Part shown: positions 10,714 through 21,287 of the stretch, in pieces | Position numbering within the stretch: position 1 is the first letter of the stretch | Layout of the letters: each line of letters starts with the position of its first letter | Assembly: GCA_016937295.1 (NCBI GenBank) | Contig: JAFGWF010000099.1 | Coordinates: forward strand, 1 to 53,311 | From: Bacteroidales bacterium | Lineage (GTDB): Bacteria > Bacteroidota > Bacteroidia > Bacteroidales > UBA1556 | Direction of reading: 5' to 3' | Length of the DNA: 53,311 bases | Notes under the pieces: model-generated | The model's input: only the letters and a program-made list of their open reading frames with translations | Told to the model about the DNA's origin: nothing | Databases searched by the model: none | Program-made: the position numbers and the translations under genes

Positions 10714-11139
10714 TCAAGAATTCAAGGCAGCTTCTATTTCTTTGATATAGGCCTTTTTGGGCTTTACACCTATAAGTTTTGCTACAGCCTTGCCATCCTT
10801 AAAAATAATTACCGTTGGAATATTTCTGATGCCTAATTGCTGTGCTGTCTGTTGATTAGACTCCACATCAAGTTTTGCTACCGTGGCGCGTTCGCTCATT
10901 TCTTCGGCAATTTCGCTGATAACCGGCCCCAAAATCTTACATGGTTGACACCATTCTGCCCAAAAATCAACTAAAACAACTCCTTTTGATGTTTTTGCTT
11001 TGAAATTTTTATCGTTTAATAGCACTAATTTCTCACTTGGACTACTATTCATCGAAGCTAAAATGCTTTTGTATCGGCTGTAAAACCAGATGACTGCGAT
11101 GAGAAAAATGCCAATTCCTAACCAAATATATATATTCAT
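10714..11139 (-). CDS. membrane-anchored thioredoxin
   Basis: 141 aa with an N-terminal TM helix and a thioredoxin fold carrying the WCQPC active site. Confidence 0.85.
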   Translation of the reverse strand: MNIYIWLGIGIFLIAVIWFYSRYKSILASMNSSPSEKLVLLNDKNFKAKTSKGVVLVDFWAEWCQPCKILGPVISEIAEEMSERATVAKLDVESNQQTAQQLGIRNIPTVIIFKDGKAVAKLIGVKPKKAYIKEIEAALNS

Positions 11140-11237
11140 AATTCTATATTTAAATTGTGGACAAAAGTCAAAAAAATATCCCTTTTTATTCTGATGGTTA
11201 TTGTTAATTTTACGTAATCAGTTCAACGAATTTTTCT

Positions 11238-13769
11238 TTAAAATTTTGCTGATAGTTGCACATTCAATCGCCTTGGGGTAAGGAAATTGGGCACCGGATT
11301 CATTCGTCCTTCCACATCCATTATCCAAAGATAGCTTAGTGTATTACTGATTTGAAGCAAGTTAAATACTTCCACACTTATCCACATCGACTTAAAGAAA
11401 CGCAAGGGATTTTTTGATTTTAGCTTGCTGTCTTCGCCTATTAATTGCTTCGAGAAGCCAATATCCACGCGGCGATAAGGAGGATACCGGTCGGTTTGTT
11501 GATAGCGCTTATGCGTTGGAGGTCCAAAAGGCAAACCGGTTGCAAAAACTAAGTTGAGATGCACTTTGTAGGTTGGATAGTTTGGCACGTAATCCTGAAA
11601 GAAGAGATTAAAACTGATTCTCTGGTCGGTAGGCCGAGGAATAAAGCCCGGTTCAACAAGCAAACTGTCGGAGGGTACGTTGTCGGTTGTGATTCCAGGA
11701 ATTATTTTTTCGCCACTTTTGTTATAAAGTTCATAGTAGAAATCGCCAATAATATCTTCCTGTGTTTTTAAAAACGAAACGCCAACCCATGATTCAGCCA
11801 ATTCAACAAACTCCCCATTCAGTTTTAAATCCAAACCGGTAGCATACCCAACTGCATCATTATTAGCAAAATACCGTATTCTTACATCGTCAATTTCGTA
11901 GGGTATCAAGTCCCAAAAATATTTATAATACGCTTCAATAGTAAGACGAAAAGGTCTATCCCACATGTCGAAATTATAGTCTGCTCCTGCAATCACCTGC
12001 CACGACTTTTGGGCTTTAACATTCGGCGAAATCGTGCCATCGAAATAACGCATCTCGCGAAAAAAGCCCGGCTGTGAGAATATTCCGGTTGCAAGTCGAA
12101 GAGCTATGTCTCGTTTCCATTTGGGATTTAGATTTACCGAAAATCTTGGGCTAATCAAAAATTCTTCGGAAAAGTCCCAATAGGTGGAGCGAATTCCTAA
12201 TTCAAAGGCTATCTCATTTTTGTTAAACTCTTTATTCCATTTTTTTTGAACAAAGGCGGATATTTTGTTGGTAGCAAAATTATAATTCTTTGCCCTGACC
12301 ACTTCTTGCAATTCAATGGTATTTGGCCTAATATAGTTTGGATTAGTATTGCCAATATTATCCGGAGGATGAGGCAAACTGAATCCCGAAGAGTCGATAA
12401 GTTGCCACTCGCTAAGTTTGTCGTTTAGCAAATCATGTCTAAATTCCACACCATATTGAAAATTCTTTTTATATTCCCCTTGATATTTTAGGTTGGTAAT
12501 CCATCCATCGAGCTGATTTCTGCCATGGTTTAAAAAAGAGCCAATGCCTTTATTATAAGCTACTTCACCAAAATCATCTTTGCCTAAGTCGTTTTCCAAA
12601 ACACTAAGCCAGTACTGACCTAAAATATCGAACGATTCGGTTTCCATGGTTCGATGAAGGGTAAAAGCTAACCAGTTGGTATGATTTCTTTTGGTTCGTG
12701 TCAGCTTCAGAGAACCCATATATGTATTGAATTCATCTACTTCTTGCCCTTCAAAATAAACGGTAAAACGAAGAGCCTCATAAATGCTTCCAAAATTGGT
12801 TTCTCGGTCGGCAGGAATCAGATGATATTTGTTCATCGACAAACTTGACAGGAGGTCAATCTGCCAAAATTCGTTCAAATTATAGGTGAAAAGGGATTGA
12901 AAATCAATGAATCGTGGACGGTAGTCGCCCTTCGTGTCTAAACTACTCAACAGATAAGAATTGGTTTTGTATCGCAGCCCAATTAAATACTGAAAAGGAA
13001 TAGATTTAGATGCACCTTCAACTGCTACAGCACCCCCCATCAAACTGCCACGTATCGAACCTCCGAATTCCTTTGGTTTTCGGTAGGTAATATCTAATAC
13101 CGACGACATCTTATCGCCGTAGTTTGCACTAAAACCTCCGGCTGAAAAGGTGATATTATCCACAAGGTCGCTATTTACAAAGGGCAGCCCTTCTTGTTGT
13201 CCCGAGCGGATGAGTACAGGTCTATGGATTTCAATTCCATTGACATAAACCAAATTCTCGTCGAAATTGCCTCCTCTTACCGAGTATTGCGTGCTCAGCT
13301 CATTGTTTGAATTTACGCCCGGCATTCGCTTCAAAAACTCGGTCACAAAATCGCCCGAAGGCGTAGGAATCAGTTCTAATTTTTTCTTGTCGATTCGGAT
13401 AAGGCCATCGTATTCACGGCGACCTACAATCTCCACAGTATCAAAATCATATCTCTCGGATATTATGATATTGATTTCCTTTTTTTGCCCGGGTTTGAGC
13501 GAAATAATCTTGTCCACTGGTTTATATCCGGTGAATGAAAAGCGCACTAAAATCGAAATACCCGGATCAAGTTGCAGTGCATAGCTCCCGTCAGCTTTAG
13601 TGGTAGTGCCATTGGATGTTCCATAAATCAGAATATTCGCCGGAGGGTCGAAAGGCTTTTTGTCTTCATCCGTAACTTTACCATAAATTTCTGCTTTTTG
13701 GGAATAACCAAATTGAACAGTAATTAATAATAAAAAAAATATGAAAATATTAAACTGTTTGTTAATCAT
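11238..13769 (-). CDS. TonB-dependent-receptor-like outer membrane protein with N-terminal CarboxypepD_reg domain
   Basis: 843 aa: signal peptide, CarboxypepD_reg-like beta-sandwich (YGKVTDE..ADGSYAL), plug-like region, long beta-barrel and a C-terminal aromatic residue (..LSAKF). Confidence 0.75.
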   Translation of the reverse strand: MINKQFNIFIFFLLLITVQFGYSQKAEIYGKVTDEDKKPFDPPANILIYGTSNGTTTKADGSYALQLDPGISILVRFSFTGYKPVDKIISLKPGQKKEINIIISERYDFDTVEIVGRREYDGLIRIDKKKLELIPTPSGDFVTEFLKRMPGVNSNNELSTQYSVRGGNFDENLVYVNGIEIHRPVLIRSGQQEGLPFVNSDLVDNITFSAGGFSANYGDKMSSVLDITYRKPKEFGGSIRGSLMGGAVAVEGASKSIPFQYLIGLRYKTNSYLLSSLDTKGDYRPRFIDFQSLFTYNLNEFWQIDLLSSLSMNKYHLIPADRETNFGSIYEALRFTVYFEGQEVDEFNTYMGSLKLTRTKRNHTNWLAFTLHRTMETESFDILGQYWLSVLENDLGKDDFGEVAYNKGIGSFLNHGRNQLDGWITNLKYQGEYKKNFQYGVEFRHDLLNDKLSEWQLIDSSGFSLPHPPDNIGNTNPNYIRPNTIELQEVVRAKNYNFATNKISAFVQKKWNKEFNKNEIAFELGIRSTYWDFSEEFLISPRFSVNLNPKWKRDIALRLATGIFSQPGFFREMRYFDGTISPNVKAQKSWQVIAGADYNFDMWDRPFRLTIEAYYKYFWDLIPYEIDDVRIRYFANNDAVGYATGLDLKLNGEFVELAESWVGVSFLKTQEDIIGDFYYELYNKSGEKIIPGITTDNVPSDSLLVEPGFIPRPTDQRISFNLFFQDYVPNYPTYKVHLNLVFATGLPFGPPTHKRYQQTDRYPPYRRVDIGFSKQLIGEDSKLKSKNPLRFFKSMWISVEVFNLLQISNTLSYLWIMDVEGRMNPVPNFLTPRRLNVQLSAKF

Positions 13770-14430
13770 CCTTATCTTTTCGTTTAAACTTTCCCTCTTC
13801 CCATGCTTTAAAAAATTGTGCCCATGCGAAAGGATTTAACACTGAAATAGGTGCATACTGTCCGTTATAGTAGCTTTTCGACACAACATTACCAATTTGA
13901 TTTCTGAAATTCATCGAACCATCCATTGGCATATTCAATCCAATTTCTCTTAAAGTTTCCCGCTCCAAATTTTTCATCGCACGGTCGTAATCGTTTTCCG
14001 GAACTACGGTATTCACTATGGCAAATTCCAACGCTTCAACGGTTGGCCATGGATAGATAACGGTTTCTTGGAGCAAAATGGTGTCGGTTTGCATCATTTG
14101 ATACATGGAGTAATGGAACGAGCTAAGGGTGTCCGGTATTTTGAATCGGCTGGTTTGATAGCCTTGCGCCGAAAATACGATTACATCTCCGGTATAGGCC
14201 ACAAAGGAAAAAAAACCGTAGGAATTGGCTGCCCCACCACGATTTTCGCCTTCAATTAGAATATTGACAAATCGAATCGGCTTAAGACTGTCGGCGGTAA
14301 GCACTGCCCCCGAAAACTGAATCATCCGTCTATTGGTGTCGCTTTTAGCAGTGGCGTTATTATGCTGTCCAAAAACAATTTGGAAATATAAAAGGAATGA
14401 CAGAAAAAATATGGATGTTTTAAAGTTCAT
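13762..14430 (-). CDS. carboxypeptidase-regulatory-like domain protein
   Basis: 222 aa with a signal peptide and a CarboxypepD_reg-like segment (FSGAVLTADSLKPIRFVNILIEG..). It overlaps the downstream receptor-like gene by 8 nt. Confidence 0.6.
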   Translation of the reverse strand: MNFKTSIFFLSFLLYFQIVFGQHNNATAKSDTNRRMIQFSGAVLTADSLKPIRFVNILIEGENRGGAANSYGFFSFVAYTGDVIVFSAQGYQTSRFKIPDTLSSFHYSMYQMMQTDTILLQETVIYPWPTVEALEFAIVNTVVPENDYDRAMKNLERETLREIGLNMPMDGSMNFRNQIGNVVSKSYYNGQYAPISVLNPFAWAQFFKAWEEGKFKRKDKDD

Positions 14431-14551
14431 TTAGTTGCCGTTTCAATATCAAATGCCAAAGATAAAATGCAAATTGCACAAAAATATCTTCCGGCAAAAT
14501 TATTCAAAATCACTAACCTTAAAGTTTGATTTTTATTTTGATATGTTTTAA

Positions 14552-16606
14552 TTATTTACTGATAATTTTAAATTCGGAACGGCGGTTTAATTTCCGTCCT
14601 TCATCGGTATCGTTATCCGCAATGGGTTTTGAAAATCCATAACCAACGTATGAAAGTCGTGATGAGCTAACGCCTTGACTTATAAGGTAGTCAACAACTG
14701 CTTTTGCGCGGTCAACCGATAGTTTCTGGTTGTAAGGCTCGTCCCCAACATTATCCGTATGTCCCGAAATTTCAATTTTTAGGGTTGGGTATTGGTTGAG
14801 TAATTTCACCAAATTATTGAGCTCGGAAAGCGATTCTTTGTTAAGCTCCGACTTTTTATACTCGAAAAAGATATTGTGCAACGCAATTTCACTACCAACT
14901 TCCACTTTCTTTAGGGCGATATTTTTAATCACTTCGCGATATTCCGCTTTTTTGCTTATGTCGAAATTTTCGGAGTGGAATAAATAATCTTCGGCGCGAA
15001 CGGAAATGCCATAGTTTTTGCCTGAGGGTAAACTGACGATATATCTTCCTGAAACTGAATTAGATTCAAAAGTGGCAATAATTTCTCCGGTTTCATTATC
15101 CACTAAATCGATGCTGGCTTCAAGTGGACTTCCATTTAATGCGTCTGTAATTTGTCCTTTAACTAAGGTGAGCTGTGTGGTATGAATTTCTTCGAATTGC
15201 TCCATAAAAACATCGATATTGGCTTTATCACGGCTGGCAATCATATTGTCTTCATTATTAAAAACGGGATGTTTTTCAGGGCCATAATAATTAATAAGAT
15301 ATAAATCTTGATTGCCAATTCCCTCTGGCTTCACCGATGAATAATAACCATGGCGACCATTGGCCGAAATAGAAAAATAAACGTCATTGTCGGGGGTGTT
15401 TATGGGATAACCTAAATTTTCGGGCTCGCTCCAAACACCTTCCTCCAACACGGTGCGAAAAACGTCGTAACCTCCCATAGTTTGATGTCCTCGAGAGCTG
15501 AAATACAGAGTTTTACCATCGGGAAGCATAAAAACGCCAATTTCGTCGTATTTGGTATTGACGGCTGCTCCCAAATTGACCGGTGTGCTCCAATGTCCAT
15601 TATTATCCATTTTACTATAGTAGATGTCTTTGCCTCCATATCCCCCCGGACGGTCGCTTACGAAAAAGAGTCCTCGGCCATCGTAACTAAATGCTGCGGA
15701 GCTTTCCTGATATTTGGAGTTTACCGGACTTTCTAAAGCTCGTGGTCGGGTCCATTCATTTCCTTTGAGCTTAGAAATATAAATGTCGCCGCCATCATTA
15801 TCTTTGTAAATCAACAAATAGTTTCCATCCGGAGATAATCCTACTACGGCATCGTGTCCATAAGTGTTGATATTATTTGAATTGGATGGAGGTGCCCAAT
15901 AGCCGGAACGGTATTCGGTGATATAGATATCTTCGTAATACTCAAAGTCAAGCCCGTCTTTATCGCCGCCAACAGTTCCCTCACGCCTCGAAGTGAAAAA
16001 TAATACCGATTCATCAGCAGTGATTATGGGGCCATAATCAGGAAAGACTGAATTGATACCTCCACCTAAGTTTTCAATTTGCACCCTGACCGGTTTCTTT
16101 ATCAACTCTTTTCCGGCTTCACATTCCTTTATTTTCTTTTCGATGTCATCAAACATTTCCTTCAACCGATCCGGTGGTAAAGAGCGCTGAAATGTTCGAT
16201 ATAGTTCGATAGCTCGTTCAAAGTCGAGGGTTAGATGATAGGCTTGTGCAAGATGATAGTTTAAATCAGTGGATACCTGGGGGTCAAGTTCTTGTGCTAT
16301 ATAAAAGTATTTTAAAGCCGTCTCTACCGGTTTTACTTCTAAATAACAAAGGCCTATTTTATAGTTCAATTTGGCATTATTTGGGTTAAATCGGTGGGCT
16401 TGAACGTAAAACTCTAAAGCCAATTCCACATTGCCAAAACCATTGCTATAATAATAATCCCCGTCTTCAATGGATTTATTCGCTTCTTTCAATTCGGATT
16501 CTTTTCCCTTGAAATTTTCCTTAGTGAAGTCCACGTTCTTCTCCTGCGACTTGGCTTGATTAACGCTAATAAGTAGTACTAGAAAAAAAATAGACTTTCT
16601 AATCAT
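14552..16606 (-). CDS. TPR / PD40 beta-propeller / OmpA-C family outer-membrane-associated protein
   Basis: It has N-terminal TPRs, repeated WD40-like (TolB/PD40) motifs (YFSS.R.GG.GG.DIY) and a C-terminal OmpA peptidoglycan-binding domain (GHTDNVG...NRRSEFKI). The start is placed at MIRKSIFF (16606); the ORF also allows 16645. Confidence 0.85.
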   Translation of the reverse strand: MIRKSIFFLVLLISVNQAKSQEKNVDFTKENFKGKESELKEANKSIEDGDYYYSNGFGNVELALEFYVQAHRFNPNNAKLNYKIGLCYLEVKPVETALKYFYIAQELDPQVSTDLNYHLAQAYHLTLDFERAIELYRTFQRSLPPDRLKEMFDDIEKKIKECEAGKELIKKPVRVQIENLGGGINSVFPDYGPIITADESVLFFTSRREGTVGGDKDGLDFEYYEDIYITEYRSGYWAPPSNSNNINTYGHDAVVGLSPDGNYLLIYKDNDGGDIYISKLKGNEWTRPRALESPVNSKYQESSAAFSYDGRGLFFVSDRPGGYGGKDIYYSKMDNNGHWSTPVNLGAAVNTKYDEIGVFMLPDGKTLYFSSRGHQTMGGYDVFRTVLEEGVWSEPENLGYPINTPDNDVYFSISANGRHGYYSSVKPEGIGNQDLYLINYYGPEKHPVFNNEDNMIASRDKANIDVFMEQFEEIHTTQLTLVKGQITDALNGSPLEASIDLVDNETGEIIATFESNSVSGRYIVSLPSGKNYGISVRAEDYLFHSENFDISKKAEYREVIKNIALKKVEVGSEIALHNIFFEYKKSELNKESLSELNNLVKLLNQYPTLKIEISGHTDNVGDEPYNQKLSVDRAKAVVDYLISQGVSSSRLSYVGYGFSKPIADNDTDEGRKLNRRSEFKIISK

Positions 16607-16671
16607 TGTTTTGAAAAAAGATTTGTAACTGCTTTGAATAAACATCGACTTATAATTCTTTGATTCTTAGT

Positions 16672-18735
16672 TTATCGACTTAACACTTTAAACTCGGTTC
16701 GGCGATTTTCCTGACGACCTTCTGGGGTGTCGTTGGATGCTTTCGGCTGATCAAATCCATATCCAACAAAAGTTAGCCTATCGGCATTTACTCCTTTTCC
16801 AACAAGGTAATCGACCACCGCTTTAGCTCTTTTCTCCGAGAGATTTTTGTTGAAAGTAGCTGAGCCAACGTTATCGGTGTGTCCTGAGATTTCAATCTTG
16901 AGGGTTGGTATTTCATTTAAAAGTTTCAATAAGTTTTCTAATTCCTTTTCCGATTCGGGTTTCAAGGTGCTTTTTCCGCTGTCGAAGAAAATATTTTTCA
17001 GCACTACACTACTTCCTACTGCAATCTTCTTCAACTGAATGTCTTTAACGACTTCGTTATAGCCGGTATTTGCAGAGAGATCGACATTATCGCTGTAAAA
17101 TAAACATTGGTCGGAGTTTACGGTGATTGCGTAGTTTTTTCCTCCGGGTAAGGATACAAGATATTTTCCGGTCGATTTGTTGTTTTCAAACGTAGCCACT
17201 ACTTTATTGGTTGTCAGGTCGGTGAGCTCTAATGTGGCAAAAAGCACCTCATTAGTATATTCATCGGTGATGGTTCCTTTGAGTATCATAAGGTTCACCT
17301 CTTCAATATCCACTTTTTGCATAATTACTTTCTCCTGAACGCCGGAGTTTTTAAACGCTATCAAATTGTCTTCTGTGTTGGTAATCAACTCTTTTTCTTT
17401 TCCGAGGAAGGAAATTTGATAAATGTCGTGACTCCCAAAACCTTCTTTATTGGAGCTGCTGTAATAGCCATATTTTCCATTGGCGGAGATGGAGAAAAAG
17501 ACGTCATCGCCGGTAGTGTTAACGGGGTAACCTAAATTTACCGGAGCAGAGAATTTTCCGTTTTCATAGGTTATTTTGAAGATATCGAAGCCGCCCATAG
17601 TTTGATGACCTTGGGAGCTGAAATAGAATGTTTTGCCGTCAGGATGGGCAAAAATTCCGGTTTCTTCGTAAGGGGTGTTTATGTCGCCGCCCATGTTTTG
17701 AGCAGGACTCCAACGTCCTTTTTCATCTTTCCGACTGCTGTAAATGTCGTGCCCACCATAACCTCCGGGGCGGTCGCTGACAAAATAAATGGTGAGATAA
17801 TCGAAACTGAATGAAGCTGTTGACTCATGATAGGGTGAATTGATATTCTTTCCCATATTTTCGGGTTTCTGCCATTGATCGCCACTAAGTTTCGAGAACA
17901 GAATGTCGCCGCCACCTTCATCACGATAGAGAAAAAGCTGTTGTCCATCGGCCGATATTCCTAAAATAGCATCATGGGTTTCGCTGTTAAGCGGCTTGCC
18001 GGGGTTTTGTGGTGCTATCCATTGTCCATTTTCATCTTTCTGTGAAATGTAAATATCTTCAAAATACTGATTACGATATTCATCAATGCCGCCTCCTGTG
18101 GTAGTTGGTCGCATCGAAGTGAACATAAGCACCGACCTGTCGGCATTTATCACCGGACTATAATCAGGAAACTCAGTATTGATTTTGTCGCCAACATTTT
18201 CAATAATCACACGCACCGGATTGTTAACCAATTCCTTACCTTTTCTACACTCGGCCAATTCTTTATCTATCTCCTTTTCATAACTTGATATCTCATCAGG
18301 TGTCAGGGTTTTTCGGTAATTAATCAGCATCTCAATCGCCTCATCGAATTTATAATCAATGTGGTAGCATTTCGCTAAAAGAAATTTTATATCTCCTTGA
18401 AAATTAGGCTCCGATTTTAATACAGATTCAAAATAGGGAATGGCATCCTTATATTTCCGTAGTTTAACATAGCAATAGCCAATATTATAGTTCAAAATCG
18501 AGTTGTTGGGGTTAAACTTAAATGCCTCGCTGTAAAAAGTTAGAGCTTGTTGATAGTTTGGAAATTCAGAATTAAGGATTTTATCGCCTGCTTTTATACT
18601 TTTTAAAGCGGCTTTCAACCCGTCTTTATCGTTGGGAAAGGCCTTTTGGTCGAACTCAACATTCTGTGACATAGCAAGATTAGTAAAGAAACTTGCTGCC
18701 AAAATTACGATTAGGGTTAGTATTTTTTGCATCAT
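16672..18735 (-). CDS. TPR / PD40 beta-propeller / OmpA-C family protein (tandem paralog of the preceding gene)
   Basis: 687 aa with the same three-part architecture. It is colinear with 14552..16606 (for example FPDYSPVINADRSVLMFTS versus FPDYGPIITADESVLFFTS). Confidence 0.85.
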   Translation of the reverse strand: MMQKILTLIVILAASFFTNLAMSQNVEFDQKAFPNDKDGLKAALKSIKAGDKILNSEFPNYQQALTFYSEAFKFNPNNSILNYNIGYCYVKLRKYKDAIPYFESVLKSEPNFQGDIKFLLAKCYHIDYKFDEAIEMLINYRKTLTPDEISSYEKEIDKELAECRKGKELVNNPVRVIIENVGDKINTEFPDYSPVINADRSVLMFTSMRPTTTGGGIDEYRNQYFEDIYISQKDENGQWIAPQNPGKPLNSETHDAILGISADGQQLFLYRDEGGGDILFSKLSGDQWQKPENMGKNINSPYHESTASFSFDYLTIYFVSDRPGGYGGHDIYSSRKDEKGRWSPAQNMGGDINTPYEETGIFAHPDGKTFYFSSQGHQTMGGFDIFKITYENGKFSAPVNLGYPVNTTGDDVFFSISANGKYGYYSSSNKEGFGSHDIYQISFLGKEKELITNTEDNLIAFKNSGVQEKVIMQKVDIEEVNLMILKGTITDEYTNEVLFATLELTDLTTNKVVATFENNKSTGKYLVSLPGGKNYAITVNSDQCLFYSDNVDLSANTGYNEVVKDIQLKKIAVGSSVVLKNIFFDSGKSTLKPESEKELENLLKLLNEIPTLKIEISGHTDNVGSATFNKNLSEKRAKAVVDYLVGKGVNADRLTFVGYGFDQPKASNDTPEGRQENRRTEFKVLSR

Positions 18736-18750
18736 AATCTTTTCGTTTTA

Positions 18751-19821
18751 TTAGTTACATTGCCCTTTAAAATAGCTTTGAGCAATCTCGATTCCAAGAG
18801 AATAGGCTTTTTTCCAGTCGTTGCAGGCTCCTTCTTCATCTCGCAACATTTCTTTTGAGATGCCTCTGTTTAGAAACGCATATCCATAGTTTGGGTCAAT
18901 GTTGATGGCTTTGTCGTAATCTTTGATTGCATCTTCATATTTTTTTTGCTTGTATTTTACGTTGCCTCGATTATTGTAGGCAAATACATAATCACTTTTC
19001 AGTTCGATGGCTTTCGAGAAATCGGCGATAGCTTTCTCATAATCACCCTTGAGCATGTAAACCGACCCACGATTATTATAGGCAATATAATAATCTTTTT
19101 TAAGGGAAATGGCTGAAGTATAATCAGTTATAGCTCCCTCGAGATCGCCTAATTTTTTCTTCACCGTGGCCATATTATTAAAAGCTATCGACATTTGCGG
19201 GTCAATTTGAATTGCCTTGCGATAGTCTTGAAGTGCTTCTTGATATTTCTCCAATTGCCGTTTTGTGCTTCCGCGGTCGTTGTATGCAAAGGCGTAATCC
19301 GGCTTTAGCTCGATGGCTTTATTGTACATCTTGATAGCTTCTTCATAGTTTTGCTTGTCGAAATATACACAACCTGCATAGTATGCGGCTTGAGGTTTTA
19401 AATCCATTTCGGACCCTTGAATACAACTGTTGAAATCTGTTAACGAACCATCCAAATCTTTCATTTCATAGCGTATCAAACCTCGGCTGAAATAAGCTTT
19501 TCCGGTTGGCTCCAGCAAAATGGCCATATTATAATCTGAAATGGCTTCGGCATATTTTTTAAGCTCCGCCTTAGCCGATGCCCTGTTGAAATAGGCTTTC
19601 GCAAAGTTGGGTTTGATAGAAATTGCTTCGTCAAATCGAGAGATGGCTTCTTGGTGTTTGTTTTGCTGAAAAAATACAATGCCCTCATTATAAGTCTTTT
19701 CCGCTTTTTGATCGTCAGCAGCACTGACGGTTTTAATGGTGTCGATTGGTGTGCTGTTTTCTTGTCCTTGAACATAAACCGACAGAATAATACATAAAAA
19801 AACTAAGGTTAGATGTTTCAT
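18751..19821 (-). CDS. tetratricopeptide repeat protein (secreted)
   Basis: The protein consists of consecutive TPR units (AYxNRGxxKxxLxxYxEAIxDYxKAIELxP). The start is placed at MKHLTLVF (signal peptide); the ORF extends to 19860. Confidence 0.85.
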   Translation of the reverse strand: MKHLTLVFLCIILSVYVQGQENSTPIDTIKTVSAADDQKAEKTYNEGIVFFQQNKHQEAISRFDEAISIKPNFAKAYFNRASAKAELKKYAEAISDYNMAILLEPTGKAYFSRGLIRYEMKDLDGSLTDFNSCIQGSEMDLKPQAAYYAGCVYFDKQNYEEAIKMYNKAIELKPDYAFAYNDRGSTKRQLEKYQEALQDYRKAIQIDPQMSIAFNNMATVKKKLGDLEGAITDYTSAISLKKDYYIAYNNRGSVYMLKGDYEKAIADFSKAIELKSDYVFAYNNRGNVKYKQKKYEDAIKDYDKAINIDPNYGYAFLNRGISKEMLRDEEGACNDWKKAYSLGIEIAQSYFKGQCN

Positions 19822-20072
19822 ATTAATATGTTTACTTGTTTCAAAATGGTTTAACAACAAACTACTTCAAAATTGGTTTCAGATAAATGCTGCCAAATTT
19901 TACCATAATATCTGCAACTAAAATTCAAATTTATATTGTTTATTTATTGATTGATAAAGTGTTTCCGTTAAAAAATATCGGGCTAATATACGAACTTTTG
20001 ATTCTGATGTTCGTTTTTTTTTATTCCCCGAAAAACTTACAACATTAAGGTAACAATAATTCATAATGCTTA

Positions 20073-21287
20073 TTATGGAAAAATATTTGTATCGTCTTGA
20101 ATTATAGAGTGTTCCACTGTTAGTTGTTGTAGATTTGTGGAAGTCAATAATTCATAGTTAATTTTAATCCAAATTAATATCATAGGTATTACTTTGATAA
20201 CAAAAGGCTGAAAAAAGTCGGTTCGTATCATTTTAGGAAAAATATCGGATGGGGAAAGAGACGTGAAAACCACCGCTACAACGATCAGCAAAATGTCGAA
20301 GGTGTTTTTTCTCGACAGCAAAAACCAAATTGCTGCTCCGGCAATGGCAATTACAAACGTTGGCGACTCGGCTTTATGATTGAATATTATCACCCAGATA
20401 AGGAGAGATGAAAGATATAAAAGCCTGAAATGTTGACTTTTCCACTCTGAGAACCGAATAAGTGGAGCAATTAATGCCGCTGTTCCGAGAGCTAATACCA
20501 CATTTTTTCCTTGCGAAAGACCAAACCAACTATTAAGCCATCCCATAACAGAAATTCCATAAGAAGCGGAGTGGTCGTTGGCTAACATGATTCCCCAGTT
20601 TTCGTATTGTGTCCATAACGTTTCAGGATTTGTTGCCACAAGTGGAATGAAAAATAAGATTAAAAACCAAACTAAGGAGAAGGCCAATGATTTAAGCTTG
20701 TTTGGATAAAAGAGAAACATCACAAAGGCTACTATGCCAAATATTTTAATAAAAACTGTTGCCATTAAAAAACCGGCGGCGGCAAGCAGGTTTTGCCGTT
20801 CCATGGCGCGCCAACCAAGAATGATTAATCCGGCCATCAAGCCATTGCTTTGGTGGGTTTGAAACGATGTAAGTGCCTCTATAAGAACTAATAACAGTAG
20901 TATTGATGTTGATTTTTTATCCTTAGGAAACACTAAATACAAAGCCCACATCAGCACCACTGCATTCAAAACGTTCCAAAGAATCAAACCAAGCCAATCG
21001 GGCAAAACGGCCAAGCCGCCAAAGAAAAGTGCAAAAGCCGGACTGTATTTGAATAGATCGATATATCTATCATAATGATGAATGTAGAGATTTTCGCCCG
21101 ATAGAAGATTAAAAAACGAATGCTTGAAAATCATGTAGTTATTATAATGCGTATAAAATCCCATCGACTCTGTGGCTGTTTTTGTCAGGAAATAATCTTG
21201 CAAACTGGCAGCAATAGCGAATAGCACATAAACTACCAATATCCATTGGGGATTTTTTAGCAATAATTCTATTTTCGATCGAAGCAT
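20073..21287 (-). CDS. polytopic membrane protein, GT87/DUF2029-like glycosyltransferase family
   Basis: 404 aa with about 10 or more hydrophobic helices. It has the same general architecture as 3116..4402 and abuts valS. Confidence 0.5.
   Translation of the reverse strand: MLRSKIELLLKNPQWILVVYVLFAIAASLQDYFLTKTATESMGFYTHYNNYMIFKHSFFNLLSGENLYIHHYDRYIDLFKYSPAFALFFGGLAVLPDWLGLILWNVLNAVVLMWALYLVFPKDKKSTSILLLLVLIEALTSFQTHQSNGLMAGLIILGWRAMERQNLLAAAGFLMATVFIKIFGIVAFVMFLFYPNKLKSLAFSLVWFLILFFIPLVATNPETLWTQYENWGIMLANDHSASYGISVMGWLNSWFGLSQGKNVVLALGTAALIAPLIRFSEWKSQHFRLLYLSSLLIWVIIFNHKAESPTFVIAIAGAAIWFLLSRKNTFDILLIVVAVVFTSLSPSDIFPKMIRTDFFQPFVIKVIPMILIWIKINYELLTSTNLQQLTVEHSIIQDDTNIFP

Noticed and set aside
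20001-20033. The hairpin ACGAAC..GTTCGT plus T9 as a terminator.
   Set aside because: The T-run follows the stem only on the + strand, where no gene ends upstream. On the - strand, which carries the relevant genes, no T-run follows the stem. The stem is only 6 bp.
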